Part shown: piece by piece, positions 13,489-26,299 of the stretch
Layout of the letters: each line of letters starts with the position of its first letter
Numbering within the stretch: the stretch's first letter is position 1
DNA from: Pelomyxa schiedti
Taxonomy: Eukaryota; Protista; Evosea
Assembly: GCA_020536535.1 (NCBI GenBank)
Contig: JAHLWZ010000206.1
Coordinates: 1 to 64,000 of the forward strand
Reading direction: 5' to 3'
DNA length: 64,000 bases
Program-made: the position numbers and the translations under genes
Notes under the pieces: generated by a model
What the model was told of the DNA's origin: nothing
Database searches by the model: none
Seen by the model: only the letters and a program-made list of their open reading frames with translations

Positions 13489-13738
13489 CACACGCGTTTT
13501 TTTCCCTGACGCGATGTCGTTCGCTGAAAACACCTTTCGTTTGCCAACAATGTTACCACGTCTCTGAAGCCCGTTGATCTTGAGGATTAAGATTGGTGTT
13601 TGTGCTTTCCGATCTGCATCGCTGAGCTGTGGCAAATTTTTCTCAGCAACAAGAGACGAACATAAAAAGAGTGCCTTCATGGATCAAAATTAAAGCGTTA
13701 CTTGTCAGTTAAGTGGGCTCTACTATTTCCTGTTATGT

Positions 13739-15321
13739 TTACAGGAACTGTGCAAGGACGTTGAGGCGCTTTGTGAAGTCATCAACCTTGTGGAACGTAA
13801 GACAGTGACTCAAGTAATGAAGGGCAATGTACCTTCTGAGGAGCGAGTGAACCCGTGCTTAACATTCGATTGACTCGCTCTTTTTCTGTTGTGATGAAGG
13901 AGATTCCCTTCTCAATTATAGATTCCATGATTTTGACATAAACCTTGCCACTTTGAGAGAGGATTAGAGCAATATCAAGTGACAGTGTTGTGTACCTGCC
14001 AGATAGTGACGCACTCCCCTCCACCAATTGTTTAGCCTCAGCTAAAACACTTGGCTTGTCATCAGAAATCATGAAGTGGCGTGCCAGTTTGTCTAAGTTT
14101 TCATTTCTTCCTGCTTTCTCAGTAAGCCCGCCACTAGTTGTTCTGAATGTGGCAAGTTGCTCATTAAGGAAGTCAACTAAATCCTGCTGAGGGGTTAGGG
14201 CGGAATTTTAAGGTGGGGAAAACCTCTAGTTCAAGGCCATGACTGTATTCTGAACCTGTCTTCTCTGCCTTAGGGAACCTGTGAAATTGGTTGGTACCAG
14301 TATAGGATGCGCAGGACCGTACCATTTCAGTGTTGGGTAGCCTTCAACATTGTATCTTGTGACAAGTTAGAGGCAAAAACATAAATGAAAGGTAAAAAGC
14401 AACAGTACAACCTCCTGCAAAGGTCAGAGTTGTCATCACAATCTACCTCAGCAATTACAACGTCCTCACTTACGAAGACCTTGGATACGGCTTGGTAAAT
14501 TGGTGCCAAATGCTGGCAATGGCCACACCACGGAGCAAAGCTATGGGAGTTACTACTTAGCTTGTAGTGGAAGGAAACAGTGCATACAATTTAACCAGGA
14601 CATTTTTCTTGGGATCCATCACTGACATAGTAAGTGGAGAAAGTAGTAAATACGGGAGAGGGATAGCATACCTATCCTGTCAAATGAGGCAGAATTCACT
14701 GAAACAACGTTGGATGTCTTCCTTCCACGGATACCTAAATAGCTGTCACTGTACTTCAGAAGGGTAACAAAAAAAACCATTGGTCTCAATGAACTTGATT
14801 ATGTCAGCTGAGGTTCGGCCGCCTGTGTAACTTCAACTCGTTAGGACTACACCACACACAAAGGGATCTACTCTATGGGACTGGCATCTCCTTGCTTATA
14901 GAACTTTAGGGTCGGGTATCCCTCAATTCCATGTTGATGGCAAAGGTCAGGGTTTGCATCACAGTCAACTTCAGCAATTATCACTTTGGAGCTGCCTGTA
15001 AAGGCCTCAGCAACCACAGCGTACTCCTATAAAAATGTCCCTTGTTAGATTTCGAATATCCACTACTACTACGTCACCGGAGCAAGTTTTTTGCAGTGTC
15101 CGCACCATGGCGCAAACCTAAAGATTATGAGCACCAGGAAGAGCGGCACTCTAAAGCGCCAAGGTGGCACATAAAAAAAAAATAATAAAATAGACGAACC
15201 ACTTCACGAAGACGTTGTTTGCGGCGATTGTGCTATCGAAATTGCTGCCATCCAACGGCACCACCTGACAAGATCCAATGCACAAAAATGCCGCAACAAG
15301 CACCGCCACGTAGCCCTTCAT
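13739..15321 (-). CDS. PDI: Protein disulfide isomerase, a-a'-D type (two thioredoxin domains plus ERp29c-like domain)
   Basis: Signal peptide MKGYVAVLVAAF, two FAPWCGHC sites, GYPTLK motifs, and helical C-terminus YVKIMESIIEKG..EKERVNRML..KRLNVLAQFL* with no KDEL. Confidence 0.92.
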
Positions 15322-15448
15322 GGAAGAAAGATCACGAAAATAAAAAAAGAATGGTCAAAGGAGCACTTTTGTTTTGTGATTTGAAAGAGGGTGTCATCAA
15401 ATCCTTCTTTGGTTTGTTGTTTCCAATCAATCGGCCACTTCAAGCACT

Positions 15449-16648
15449 TCACATGAAATCGTATTCGTCTTGTTCGACATCCACCTCGGCAGAATTCTCC
15501 ATGAGGTTGTCGTGCTTGTTGAGAGCTTTTTTGGGCGCGGCTGTGGAGGTTTGATTAGCATTGTGGGATGAAATATTATGGGGCAAGGGTGGGTACTCAC
15601 CAGCTTTTTTTGCTTTAGGAGCTTTGCCCTCCCTGAGTTTGTCATTGATAACTGTGGTAATTACTGTAGAGACTTGTTTGACATCTTCAACACGTTGGAC
15701 AATTGTGAGTCTCCTCACAAGTTCCTTAACCAGCTCCACGTAGTGAAGGTTCTCCTAATTGGATATTGGATGGTTAGAAGTCATGCAGCAGCAGATTGGC
15801 TTATAGCATCAAGGAGAACCTTGTATGGTAATGCCCGCTCTGAGAGCATATTCGCAAATTCAAGATAGTCATCCTTTGTCTTGGGAATAAAGGTTTCTAG
15901 CTGCCCAACCATACTGACCCCACTGAAAGTAGATACAACATTTCTAGGAAAAAAAAGGTGAATTAAAACTAAAATAAAAAAAGGACATCAGAAATCGCAC
16001 TTGAGATCAGCTTCCTCTTCTCTCTTTTGGGAAAGTAGTTTTGTCAGGGCCGGATCAGCACGGGGTAGCTCAGTCGGTATTTCTGCGTCCTTTTTTGCCA
16101 GGGCAGCCTTCCTTGCAGCCTTCTTGGTGGGGGCTGTTGCTGCAGTTGACGCAGCCGCAGTGCCAGTTGTTGCTGCTGCAGTGGAGGAAGCAGTGCCGGT
16201 TGCAGGTGTGGCGGGTGTAGTGCCTGAAGCTGCTGTTGTGGCTGCAGGTGTGGGCGCTGCTGTTTTTGCGGGAGTAGCGACAGTTAGTGATGTGACAGTT
16301 CCGATGACTGGCGCAAGAGCCGGCCCAGCTATGAACAATGGTGAAATCGACGAACAACCGAAAGTACCCCAGAAAGAAAAAGCAGAAGGAAAAAAAAAAA
16401 AAACCAAAAAAAAAAAAACTAAAAACCAAAAAAAAGCATAGGACTGATATTTATGCTATATGAATTCTTACACACTTCGCTTTGGAGTAAGTTCGTCAAC
16501 GGCCTCTTCCCACGCTGCTTTTGTCTTGGATTTAGAAATAATATCCTCTACGTCCAAGTCCCCCGCGTCCTCTGAACTCCTCGTAAAAAAAAAAAATAAT
16601 AAAAACCAAAGTGCGGGACGCCGACTACGCACCCCAGCTGTCGCCCAT
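15449..16648 (-). CDS. EIF3J: Eukaryotic translation initiation factor 3 subunit J
   Basis: MGDSWE|DAGD.. start, AAWEE, QKREEEADL, PKTKDDYLEFANML, YVELVKELVR and the characteristic acidic ...DEYDFM* end. Confidence 0.85.
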
Positions 16649-17466
16649 TTCTGTGATGGTGCGAGACTTTTAGTGAAAAAATTAGAAAATAGAAATGATC
16701 TTTTCCAGAAGGGGGAAAATCTTTCCCCTTGCTTACTTTCCCACAATGTAGTCCAGGACGGGAGCGGAATCGGGACTCTCGAAGAACAGAAACAGCACCC
16801 TTGGTGATACAGACCACAGTCTCCCAACCTGGGGGAACTGAGTGGTTTTTGTTCCCTTCACTAAATCCAACAGGCTAACTGACTGAGTCCATCCACCTCG
16901 TGTGGGCTTGGCGTAGCGGGTCTGAGACATTTTTTCTTTCCTTTTTCAGCACAATGAGGATGACCAGGGTGCTTTTTCAGTTCCGTTCATCGTCAGGCCC
17001 GTGTGATTAATTGCATGTCCCAACCTCGGCAACCCAGACGAAAGTTTAAAGACCCTCGTTGACGAGGTACACAAGACAGAATGGGACGTGATATCTGTGT
17101 CCCTCGAACAAGCCCCGCGAAACGCCAGACATTGATCTCGATCGGATTTTCCAGTATTCCGAGAGTGGAACACCCTGGAATTCCACGCGCGATAATAGTG
17201 CAAATGAGAGGTTCATGATCTTTTTTCTGTTTTGCAACTCTTTATTGGTGCCCATTAGCGTTAATTAATTTAGATTCGCCTCCAGCGAGCACACCAAACA
17301 CAAAAAGAGAAAGCAACAAAGACATTAAAACAAATCGGCCCGCCTGGTTCTCTTGTGTTGTTGGTTTTAAAATTAGACAAAAAAAAAAAAACCAACAACA
17401 GGCACCCTCACTCTCATCACACAAAATCACCAAACACCCACTGCAACACAACAAAAACTATTCAAA

Positions 17467-20400
17467 ATGACTGAATTGCGAACTGTTGGGCCATTTATAA
17501 TGGACAAGACCCTGGGGGAGGGTGCAACAGGTTGTGTTTTTATTTATTTTTTTTATTTTAACCGTTTGTTTTAGGGCGAGTGAAACTGGGGTATCACAAA
17601 GACAAGTATCAGAGTTTATTTGTTTATTTTTTTTTCCCTCCATACCGTTGTAGTCACTTATTATGTACTCCAAAAGCGGCTTGAAAGTGGCAATAAAAAT
17701 TGTGAGGAAAGGGATTCTGGAGAATGTACAAGTACTACATAAACTTGAGCGCGAAATCGCTTCTCTACGAATTCTGGATCACCCACATGTACTAAAGTTG
17801 TATGAAGTATTTGAAAACTCGAGTTATTTGTATGTATCAAACCGTTGACTTTACTTTAACCATGTTTATAGGTTTCTTGTTACAGAGTTTGCTCCTGGGG
17901 GAGAACTGTTCGATTATATTGTAAAAAGAGGAACTATGGACAATGGCGATGTATTGAGATTGTTTCAGATGTTAATAGACGGTGTTGACTACTGCCATGC
18001 ACATTGTATATGGTGGGTGAAATTTTTTTTGGAGTTGTGCTAGTAAAACTGACACCTCTTACTAGCCATCGTGATCTGAAACCGGAAAATGTAAGTCCAC
18101 ATGTACAAACGCATACAACAATCTAAACAAGCCAAAGCTTTTACTGGATTCGAATTTTCAACTGAAAATTGCGGATTTTGGTAAGTGAAAGAGTGTATTA
18201 GACTCTCAATAATCATTTCCCAGGCATGGCAACCGCAATGAAAGAAGGCTCGCTACTGTCATCTAGTTGTGGGTATAGTACTCTCAAAAAGTTTTTTCTG
18301 AAAGCTCACTGCTCCAGATCTCCACATTATGCATGCCCTGAAGTTGTGAAGGTGAAAATTTCCACCGAATAATTCAACATCCCATTGCTTAATATTTTAT
18401 TCAACAGGGAATCAACTATGACGGCAGGGCGGCTGATACATGGAGGTATTTTAATCAATTTAACTGCACCCAATATCACTAATTTTATTTTTCTCCAGCT
18501 GTGGCATAATCCTGTTTGCCCTAGCAACTGTGTGCCCATAAATTCTTTCATTATTTGTTAACTCAAATTCAGGGTAGACTACCCTTTGACGATGATACCA
18601 ACAACATACGGGTTGTCCTGCGGAAAGTACATTCCTCTGGTGTCTTGAAAATCTTAATGGGGTTTTTAAACCAGGTTAAAGAAGGCGAATACCACTTTCC
18701 TCCATTTGTTCCCAAAGACATCAAGGACTTGATACAAAAGATTTTGGTCATTGATCCAGAAAAACGAATCGATATTCGCGGCATTAAAGCACACCCATGG
18801 TTTCAATCAAACTTGGCCACGGTATACTGCCAACCATATGTGGACATCTGTGATGAGGTTCTATTGTCCCCATACCGTGTTAAAACACCTGAAACTATAA
18901 CTAGGGTCCAGCCATTTCCCCAAAAAATGTGGACAGTGAAATAGTCATGACCCTTGAATCTCTTGGTCTAGGCACACATGACAGCATTACTCAATGCCTA
19001 CAGTCAAGCAAGTCAGTTTTTGGCGCCTTTAACTTCAACCTCACATTGGAAATAGAAAGAACCAGCCTAGGGCTTTCTATCGAGTGCTTTTATATCGAAA
19101 ACACAATCCTTTATCCAGTTTCCCGTATTGCCTATTAAGTTTCTATCTGGCCAACTTAGATAATACAGGATTCCCCCAACTCCTGGGCTGCGGTCGAGGT
19201 CTCTCAGTACTGGCGAAGCTCCCGACTCGTATCATTGCCTGTTCTACTTTGTTGTTTTAACAGTANNNNNNNNNNNNNNNNNNNNNNNNNNNNNNNNNNN
19301 NNNNNNNNNNNNNNNNNNNNNNNNNNNNNNNNNNNNNNNNNNNNNNNNNNNNNNNNNNNNNNNNNATCTGGCCAACTTAGATAATACAGGATTCCCCCAA
19401 CTCCTGGGCTGCGGTCGAGGTCTCTCAGTACTGGCGAAGCTCCCGACTCGTATCATTGCCTGTTCTACTTTGTTGTTTTAACAGTACTCTTTCCCAGCCA
19501 ACAATCTCCCAGTGGGGTCTCTACCTACACAGGGGCGCTAAAAGTAGACAATACTGAAACCCTTTCAACCTCTGCACTTCCGTCTCCCTCACCTTCAACT
19601 ATGATTAAGGTGCCACCTTTTCCCGAAGTTCACCACAGTGCGTCCCCCAGCATTTTCGAACCCATATCTCCGGCACTAGCAATCCAAAATACACCCGCCA
19701 TCCCCGATTCTCCATTTATCCCTCCGGCGGCTCCAACTCCCTTGCGCCTCTCAGCTCCTCTGCCATCTATTCCAAATCACCAAATCAAACACGCCAGAAA
19801 TCCAGTCACCACTCAACCTGTATCCGCTTACAGTTCCGCCCCAACTCCTCGGCGTAGACTCTTACTAAGCAATATCCCTCCTGCTCACTTTTCTTCGTTC
19901 AATGCCCCCACACCATTATCCAACTCTAATCACCCATTTGTCGGCACTAGCATTTTACCACCCTTGGGTCCAGCCTCACCTCCATCTTTCCTCTCCGCAG
20001 CTGTTCACTTCCACACTCAGGTTCCCGGACAAAATCAGCTGTATAACTCTCAACAACCATCCTCAGGTTCCATAACACCCACTTCAACTTTGTCTCCCCC
20101 ATCAAACAACACTCCCAACCTTACATCCCCCGGCTTCTCCAACCCATTTTTACTCAACCCCGATTCTCCTCTTCACACACAAGGATCACCACGTCAATCA
20201 CCCCAACATATTCATCTGCCAGCACCAGTCAGGAACAACTCCCCAATTAACACAGTCATGCTACATCCTTTATCACCCACCATCACACCATCACCACCCC
20301 CACAACCGCTTTCCCCAGTTAGGACAATAAAACGATCCCGCGCAGAAAGGGAGCACGTTGCTTCTGACTCACCAATCCTCGCCACCAGGTAATGAAAAAC

Positions 20401-21141
20401 AAACACACACAAAAAAGAAGAAGCCATCAATCTCACATGATATCATGCAGCCCCGCCCACCGTTCCTTTGTATCGAGTATATTCCAAAACGGAACCAGGA
20501 AGCCTAGTCACATGCAATTTCTCAGCAACAAACGCACACTGGACATCATCGCCGAGTTGGAGAGATACCTCGAGTCCCTTGGTGTCAAGTGCACCGTTTC
20601 GTCCTCTGAAATGATGACCGGCAAATACTCCACCCTGGAAGGTTCAACCCCCACCCCCCTCCCCCACCAAATTTGCAAATTGCAACTGCCACTGCACCGA
20701 AACAACCCCATTTCATCCCGATTCTAAATTTCCCTTTCCCATGCTCCCTGTACAGGCACCTCTTCCGTCGACTTTGTAGTGGAAATAGTCAAGCCGCCGG
20801 CGTCGACGTCGCCTGACCTGCCTTCCTCGTCGTCATCCACCTCCACCACTGCATCCTCGTCGTCGTCATCGTCATCGTCATCGTCACCGTCATCGACATC
20901 GACATCAACATCGCCTTCGGCCACCACGGCCAACCCAGGGTCCCTCACGCCGCCGCCGTCGCCGTCCCACAGGCCCACGTCGCCCAGGGCGTCGACGCCG
21001 CGGTCCACCCCTGTCACGACTCACAGGGCGTGCCCCCCGGGAACAACCCAGGTGTTCTTCCGCTATGTCTCTGGCGACTACGGCCTCTACAGTGATTTAT
21101 GCTCTGTGCTCCTCAAAGAAGTAGACCTGTGGGAGCACTAA
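17467..21141 (+). CDS. BRSK/SAD (AMPK-related CAMKL) Ser/Thr kinase with Pro/Ser-rich linker and KA1-like C-terminus; spans an N gap
   Basis: [81 protein letters not shown], and C-terminal [22 protein letters not shown]. Confidence 0.9.
19266..19365. other. Assembly gap (100 N) with duplicated flanks
   Basis: 19145-19265 is repeated identically at 19366-19486 (121 bp). Confidence 0.95.
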
Positions 21142-21324
21142 TCTACTACACACTACACAATCCCAACTATACTACCTTATCTTCACTCAGCTGAGATAGC
21201 GGCCAACAATCATCAATCTCCACGCACTGTATTACTCCAACTTTTGAATATTTTTAGAGCCACAAGAATAGGAAAAAACCAAAAGAAAAGTTTTTTTTTC
21301 ACAATGATTTGTTTGTGGGGAATG

Positions 21325-24300
21325 TTAGTGCCACCTCGTTCTGGCTTTTTTCCTGGTCATCTCACTCATTGCTCGAAGCTTCTCCTTCTGTTATGGTGTT
21401 AGAGATTGGGATAAATAATGAGGGGAGATTTACCCTTGATGCTGTGGGGTTGGTGAGAGGGTTGGCAAAGTGCCTTTTGGAGTGCAGGAGTGCTGCGGTG
21501 GTGTGTGGCTGTTGGGAGGTGGCTATGATTTTCGGCTGGTGCGTGAGTGTATTATTACACTGTTGCTGGGCTGCTGCACTTGGTTTGGGTGCGTTGGATT
21601 GAGTGGACAGTTTGGAATGAAGAGTGGGTGTGACAAGCTGGGCGGCGGCAGTAACCGCTGCGGTTGCGGTTTCAAAGAGGTTGGGGTGCAATGTAGTAGT
21701 AACTTTAGGGGGTTTCCTAAGTGATGGAATCTGCTTGCCTGCTGGAATTTCACTCCCTGCTCTGGCTGGTCGTACTAGTTGTTTCCTTGGTACTTGGAGG
21801 CATCTAACTACACTAGGCTGCTTCTGAGTTGGGGAGCTTATTTTCTTCTGCGTTATTGGTGCTGTTTCAAACTTTACTCTTTTGGCTGGAGAAAACCTGG
21901 TGAATGGGATAGACTTGGGGTGGTCTTCCTGGAGACTGTTCCTTAAACACCCTTTCAATGAAGGAGAATGTGGATGAATATGAGCTTTTGGAGGAATGAA
22001 TTGAATTGGTGCAGGTTCACGCTTGAGTGGGGCTAGGGGTGGGTCTACGGGCTGTGAGAGAGATGACAGCTTCACTGGTTGAAACTCGGATGCATCAGGT
22101 GCTGAGGCTGATAATAATCCTAGTATTATTCCATCAATATCAGGCGATATGAGGTTATGTGCTGCAAAGGCTGTTACATAGCAAGTATTAAAAGAGAGCA
22201 CATACACTTGGCTATTTGAAGCAAGTACCGTGAAATTGCAGAAAGAGCACTACAGTTGAGTGATTGTTTACGTAATTCCGAAAGATAGTCTTTTTCTATG
22301 TAGTCACCTAGTTCCAGTTGAAGTGCAGCTTTGTAATCTGCTAACGTGTGCACAACTTCCGCCAGTTTACTAAGTTCAATGCCTACTGAAGTCAAAAAAA
22401 ATATGATAAGGATTAGCCCGCACATTGGTCCTGTGCCTCTTCCACCAACTTAATGCAGGATATTCGAGCCTCATTGGCTTGAAGAACTACATCAGCTGGG
22501 GTTGGAGATACACTAGTGTCACCGGGGGGTAATATTGATGAAGTAATCGTTCTCCAAGAAGAAAATTGTGCAGTGATTGATGACGTGAGTTGGTGATTGA
22601 TTGCTGTGCGTTTTGAAAGCACTTCCTGCAGCTTTTTAACAAACTGATCAGTGGTACTGGTCCTTTGGGGCAGTTTATACTTGGTTGTTCTATCATCTGT
22701 TTAGAATTTACCAATAAACAAAGGATGGAAAATCTCTACGTTCTAGCTGCCATGCAAGCTGCTGAGACCGAGATTTCTCTTCTTTAAGTTGTTCATTCAA
22801 ATCATCGATGATGGCTTTGTATTGGCGTGGTGATAATCCATAATTGATTACTGTCCTTGATACCTAATTTATACACTTTGTTGGCAGTGTTTTTGACTTA
22901 AGGCAGTAATCTGCACCTGCACTTTAATTTCCTTTGTTCTTTTTGCATATTCCAATGTATTGAAAGTATCTTCAAGAGACTTACTTGACGGACTCACATT
23001 CGCAATCATTACCGTACGGCAATTTCCGCCGAGTGAATCCTTCCAGAAGTGTTGATAAAAGAGAGGTGTGTATGGAACAACCTTCAACAGCCTTGTAAGC
23101 TTAGGTAAAGTGAGTTCAAACAAATAAGGTTGTCAAACGGTTTACTTTGCTGTCCCGGAAAGGGATATATGAACCCTTCTTATACTTTGGATTCCCTAAG
23201 GCGTTGATGCAATTGGCAAGAGCGAGAAGAGATTTATTTATAGCCGCCCCTTCTTTCTGACGTTCACTATGATTCTGTGTCTGGGTTGGAATAGCTAAAT
23301 TTACATAGGGACTTGCATGTTCATTTCAGGGAACTATTCAACGTAATAATATTTCTATTTATATGTACCGTGGTACTTGTTGCTCTCTCTGAGCCAGCAA
23401 GATCTATAAGAGAAAGTTTTCCAGATGTCACAGTGGAGTCAGCAAGAGTTGTGCGTTCCACAATGATCTGCGAACTTTCAGACGTCGTTTGGTTGGGACC
23501 AGATTACCTGGAAAACGGCATGACTACGAGATGACTCCGCATTTGTATCAGTGGGGTGTTGCGTTCGATTTTTGTTAGCAAATTGTAGCATTTCATGAAC
23601 CTTTGCAAGGTTAACATTCAACATGTTGTCAATTTGTGGTACCTCCTCCCAGGATTGTGGCTTATTAGTTGTTACACCAGTTAACACAACTTGCTTTCCA
23701 GATTCCCGAATTTCAATTGGTGGAGAATCTGGTGAAAAGAGATCCCTACCAAGTGAGTTAATTTGGCTGTTTTGGGCTTGTATTTATGGTTACCGTATTT
23801 TTTCATTGTAAACTTCAATACATAGAATCTTAACATTGATTGTATGCTCTTTGTCATTTTTTATTTTCTGAAACAGCTCTTTCATTGCCAGACCCATTAC
23901 TCCTGGCCCATATTGAGCGTTCCCAATCATCGTGTGAGTCTTACCAGAACCTGTTTGCATTGAATAAGTTGGTATTCCGTTCTGCAATGGGAAGTACCAG
24001 TTGCACCTGAGTGTTGCCATTAGATGCATGTTTATTGTGTCTGTCCTCTTACCATAGGCAAATACAGTAGCATTATAGCCATCCAGAACAGAATCTATGA
24101 GGCCCTCAGTTGCAATTGAATACACCTCTTCTTGTGTGGACGTATCATTGAACACCTGTATCCAAGGTTACCATCTTGTAATTGCAGTCCTCACATACTC
24201 TATCAAACGAAAACATCTTATTCTTGAAGCGGTGCTTTGTGGAGCCTCCTCTGTGATCTTCTGGGTCCGGTTCACGATCAAACCATAGTGTATTGGTATC

Positions 24301-25251
24301 AACTACTTCAATAGCAGGAAAGAACCCTAATTGGATTTCTTGAAGGCTTGATGGCCGCACTCTGTTGAAGATCGTTTAGGGAAAGGGGTGTAAAAATCAA
24401 TTAAACCTTACAAACACTGTTATTCGTTGGTTGATTTTGTTGTTGCTATCCGCTGCCTCTCTTGAAGCATCACCTTCATATCCATTCCCTTTGAATACCA
24501 GGCTCTCATCCTTATAATCAAGTTGGGTGCTCAGATTAATGGTATTATCAGTCGAATGTGGCAGTGAAGATTGCAAGGAGAAATCGTGCTGCAGTTGTTT
24601 TTCTTTGGAGTCAAATTCCGGAACCATCATCTGAGGTTGTGACAGTGGTTTCAGTTCCTGTAGAACTTGAGGCCGTGAAGTTTGTTCTGCCACTTGATTT
24701 GTCGTACTGGAAATGTCCACCTCTGAACATAGTATCTGCCCTTCAGAGTGTTGTGTTGTAGGATTCGACTTCCCCAGCAAACTTACAGCAGCCACAGGAG
24801 ATTTTGAGACGTGTCGTCCAGAAGGGGCCTTACCATTGGCCGATGCTGTGCGAGCTGGAACAAGGGGTGTAATGGGAGGAAATTGCACAGAAGGCGACAC
24901 CGGCCCAGTTGTGTGACTTAGAGGTTGGGTTATGGACTTTGAGTGTCGCAGGAAGTCCGACGACGACTGGAGTTTCGTGAGTGTGGTGGAATTGAGTGAA
25001 GAGAATGTCTGCAGTGGATGCCACTCCTCGAGAGGCAGCGAAGGCTGCGGCAATTTCGTGTACGGCGGAACCTTGAAGTGTGGATCAACGACAGATGATG
25101 GCTTAACAACAGGAATCTGGGATTTTCGTTTGGACGTGACGTCGTCGAAGAGGGACTCGAGGGAGGGTGGTAAAGGACCACCTTTTACGGGAGCATTCCC
25201 TACTGTCGAATTTGCCGTTGCAACCATCCCAGTCACCGGTGCACCATCCAT
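21325..25251 (-). CDS. Kinesin-8 family motor (KIF18/19-like) with long N-terminal extension
   Basis: [103 protein letters not shown]. The last exon probably ends ..ARTRWH*. Confidence 0.9.
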
Positions 25252-25722
25252 GCAGTAACCCCCTCTTTATTTTTATTTTTATTATGTCTTTTTAATGAAC
25301 GAGTACGGGAGTTTTTTTTTGTGATGAAGGCCCTCGCGCATTTTCGTGTTTTGCCAAGGAGACAGCAGTTCCCGGACGAACTCAAACAGTAACACAATTT
25401 ATTTAGTGTTGGACGGGTTTGAGAGGTTCCGCTCTGACTTTATTGAGATCTATTGATCTGTCTATTGCTTCATTCACTTCCCCTATGACGGCTCTAAAGA
25501 GAGGAATCGTTAAATAAGAGTTGTCATGTCATTTGGTGTGGTGTTAACACTTGATTTCATTATAGAAATAAGTCTAAAGAAGAATAGAATAGGTCCCATA
25601 CATGTTGTCACCACGAATAACATGTAATCCCAGTGTGACACATTCAACTCCTTTTGTTGAGAAGGAACGTTCATGGCACTGTGGAGCAGAGTCAAATGGC
25701 AATAATTTAAAGGAAAAGCTAC

Positions 25723-25778
25723 AAGGCAAACAAACAAAAAACAAAGGGTAAAGGCAAACAAACAAAAAACAAAGGGTA
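25723..25778. repeat. 28-bp perfect tandem duplication
   Basis: AAGGCAAACAAACAAAAAACAAAGGGTA occurs twice in tandem. Confidence 0.9.
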
Positions 25779-26002
25779 AAGTTACTGTAAACCTAACCAC
25801 TAACAAATGGGGAAGAATAAAAAGTAGTAACCTTTTCCAAAATGACGTTGATGTGCTGGTCATAACCACGCAATGTCCCCTAATATTTCGTAGTTAAGAA
25901 TTAGGTATCCTCGACGAAAAGGTTTGAATAAGTCAGTGCCTGGCAGCTCAAAAAATTTACCAAGCTGTTGCCAATTATTTTTTCATATAAAATATTTTGC
26001 AC

Positions 26003-26102
26003 NNNNNNNNNNNNNNNNNNNNNNNNNNNNNNNNNNNNNNNNNNNNNNNNNNNNNNNNNNNNNNNNNNNNNNNNNNNNNNNNNNNNNNNNNNNNNNNNNN
26101 NN
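26003..26102. other. Assembly gap (100 N) with duplicated flanks
   Basis: 25882-26002 is repeated at 26103-26223 (121 bp). Confidence 0.95.
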
Positions 26103-26299
26103 AATATTTCGTAGTTAAGAATTAGGTATCCTCGACGAAAAGGTTTGAATAAGTCAGTGCCTGGCAGCTCAAAAAATTTACCAAGCTGTTGCCAATTATT
26201 TTTTCATATAAAATATTTTGCACGTAGTTATGCACACCACTATAATTCTTCCATCATTTGTTATAACTTCAATGAGCTCTGCCAAAAATTGGTAGCAAT

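Noticed and set aside
13739-14200. PDI lacking a KDEL/HDEL signal
   Set aside because: Known for a-a'-D type PDIs, where the ERp29-like C-terminal domain mediates retention.
16785-16850. Minus-strand TGGGAGAC...GGGTGCTGT resembling the 3' half of 5S rRNA
   Set aside because: No box A-like 5' half and no terminal helix partner ~120 nt upstream.
16975-17000. Minus-strand CTGACGA...GAAA hammerhead-like core, or RNase P/MRP CR-V-like ACACGGGCCTGA
   Set aside because: The intervening sequence does not form stem II, and no convincing P4 pairing partner was found.
16845-17140. In-frame TGA/TAG as selenocysteine or an alternative genetic code
   Set aside because: Conserved genes in the window use TGG for Trp and end in TAA, TAG or TGA normally. 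The stops here are mixed and there is no UxxC or SECIS evidence.
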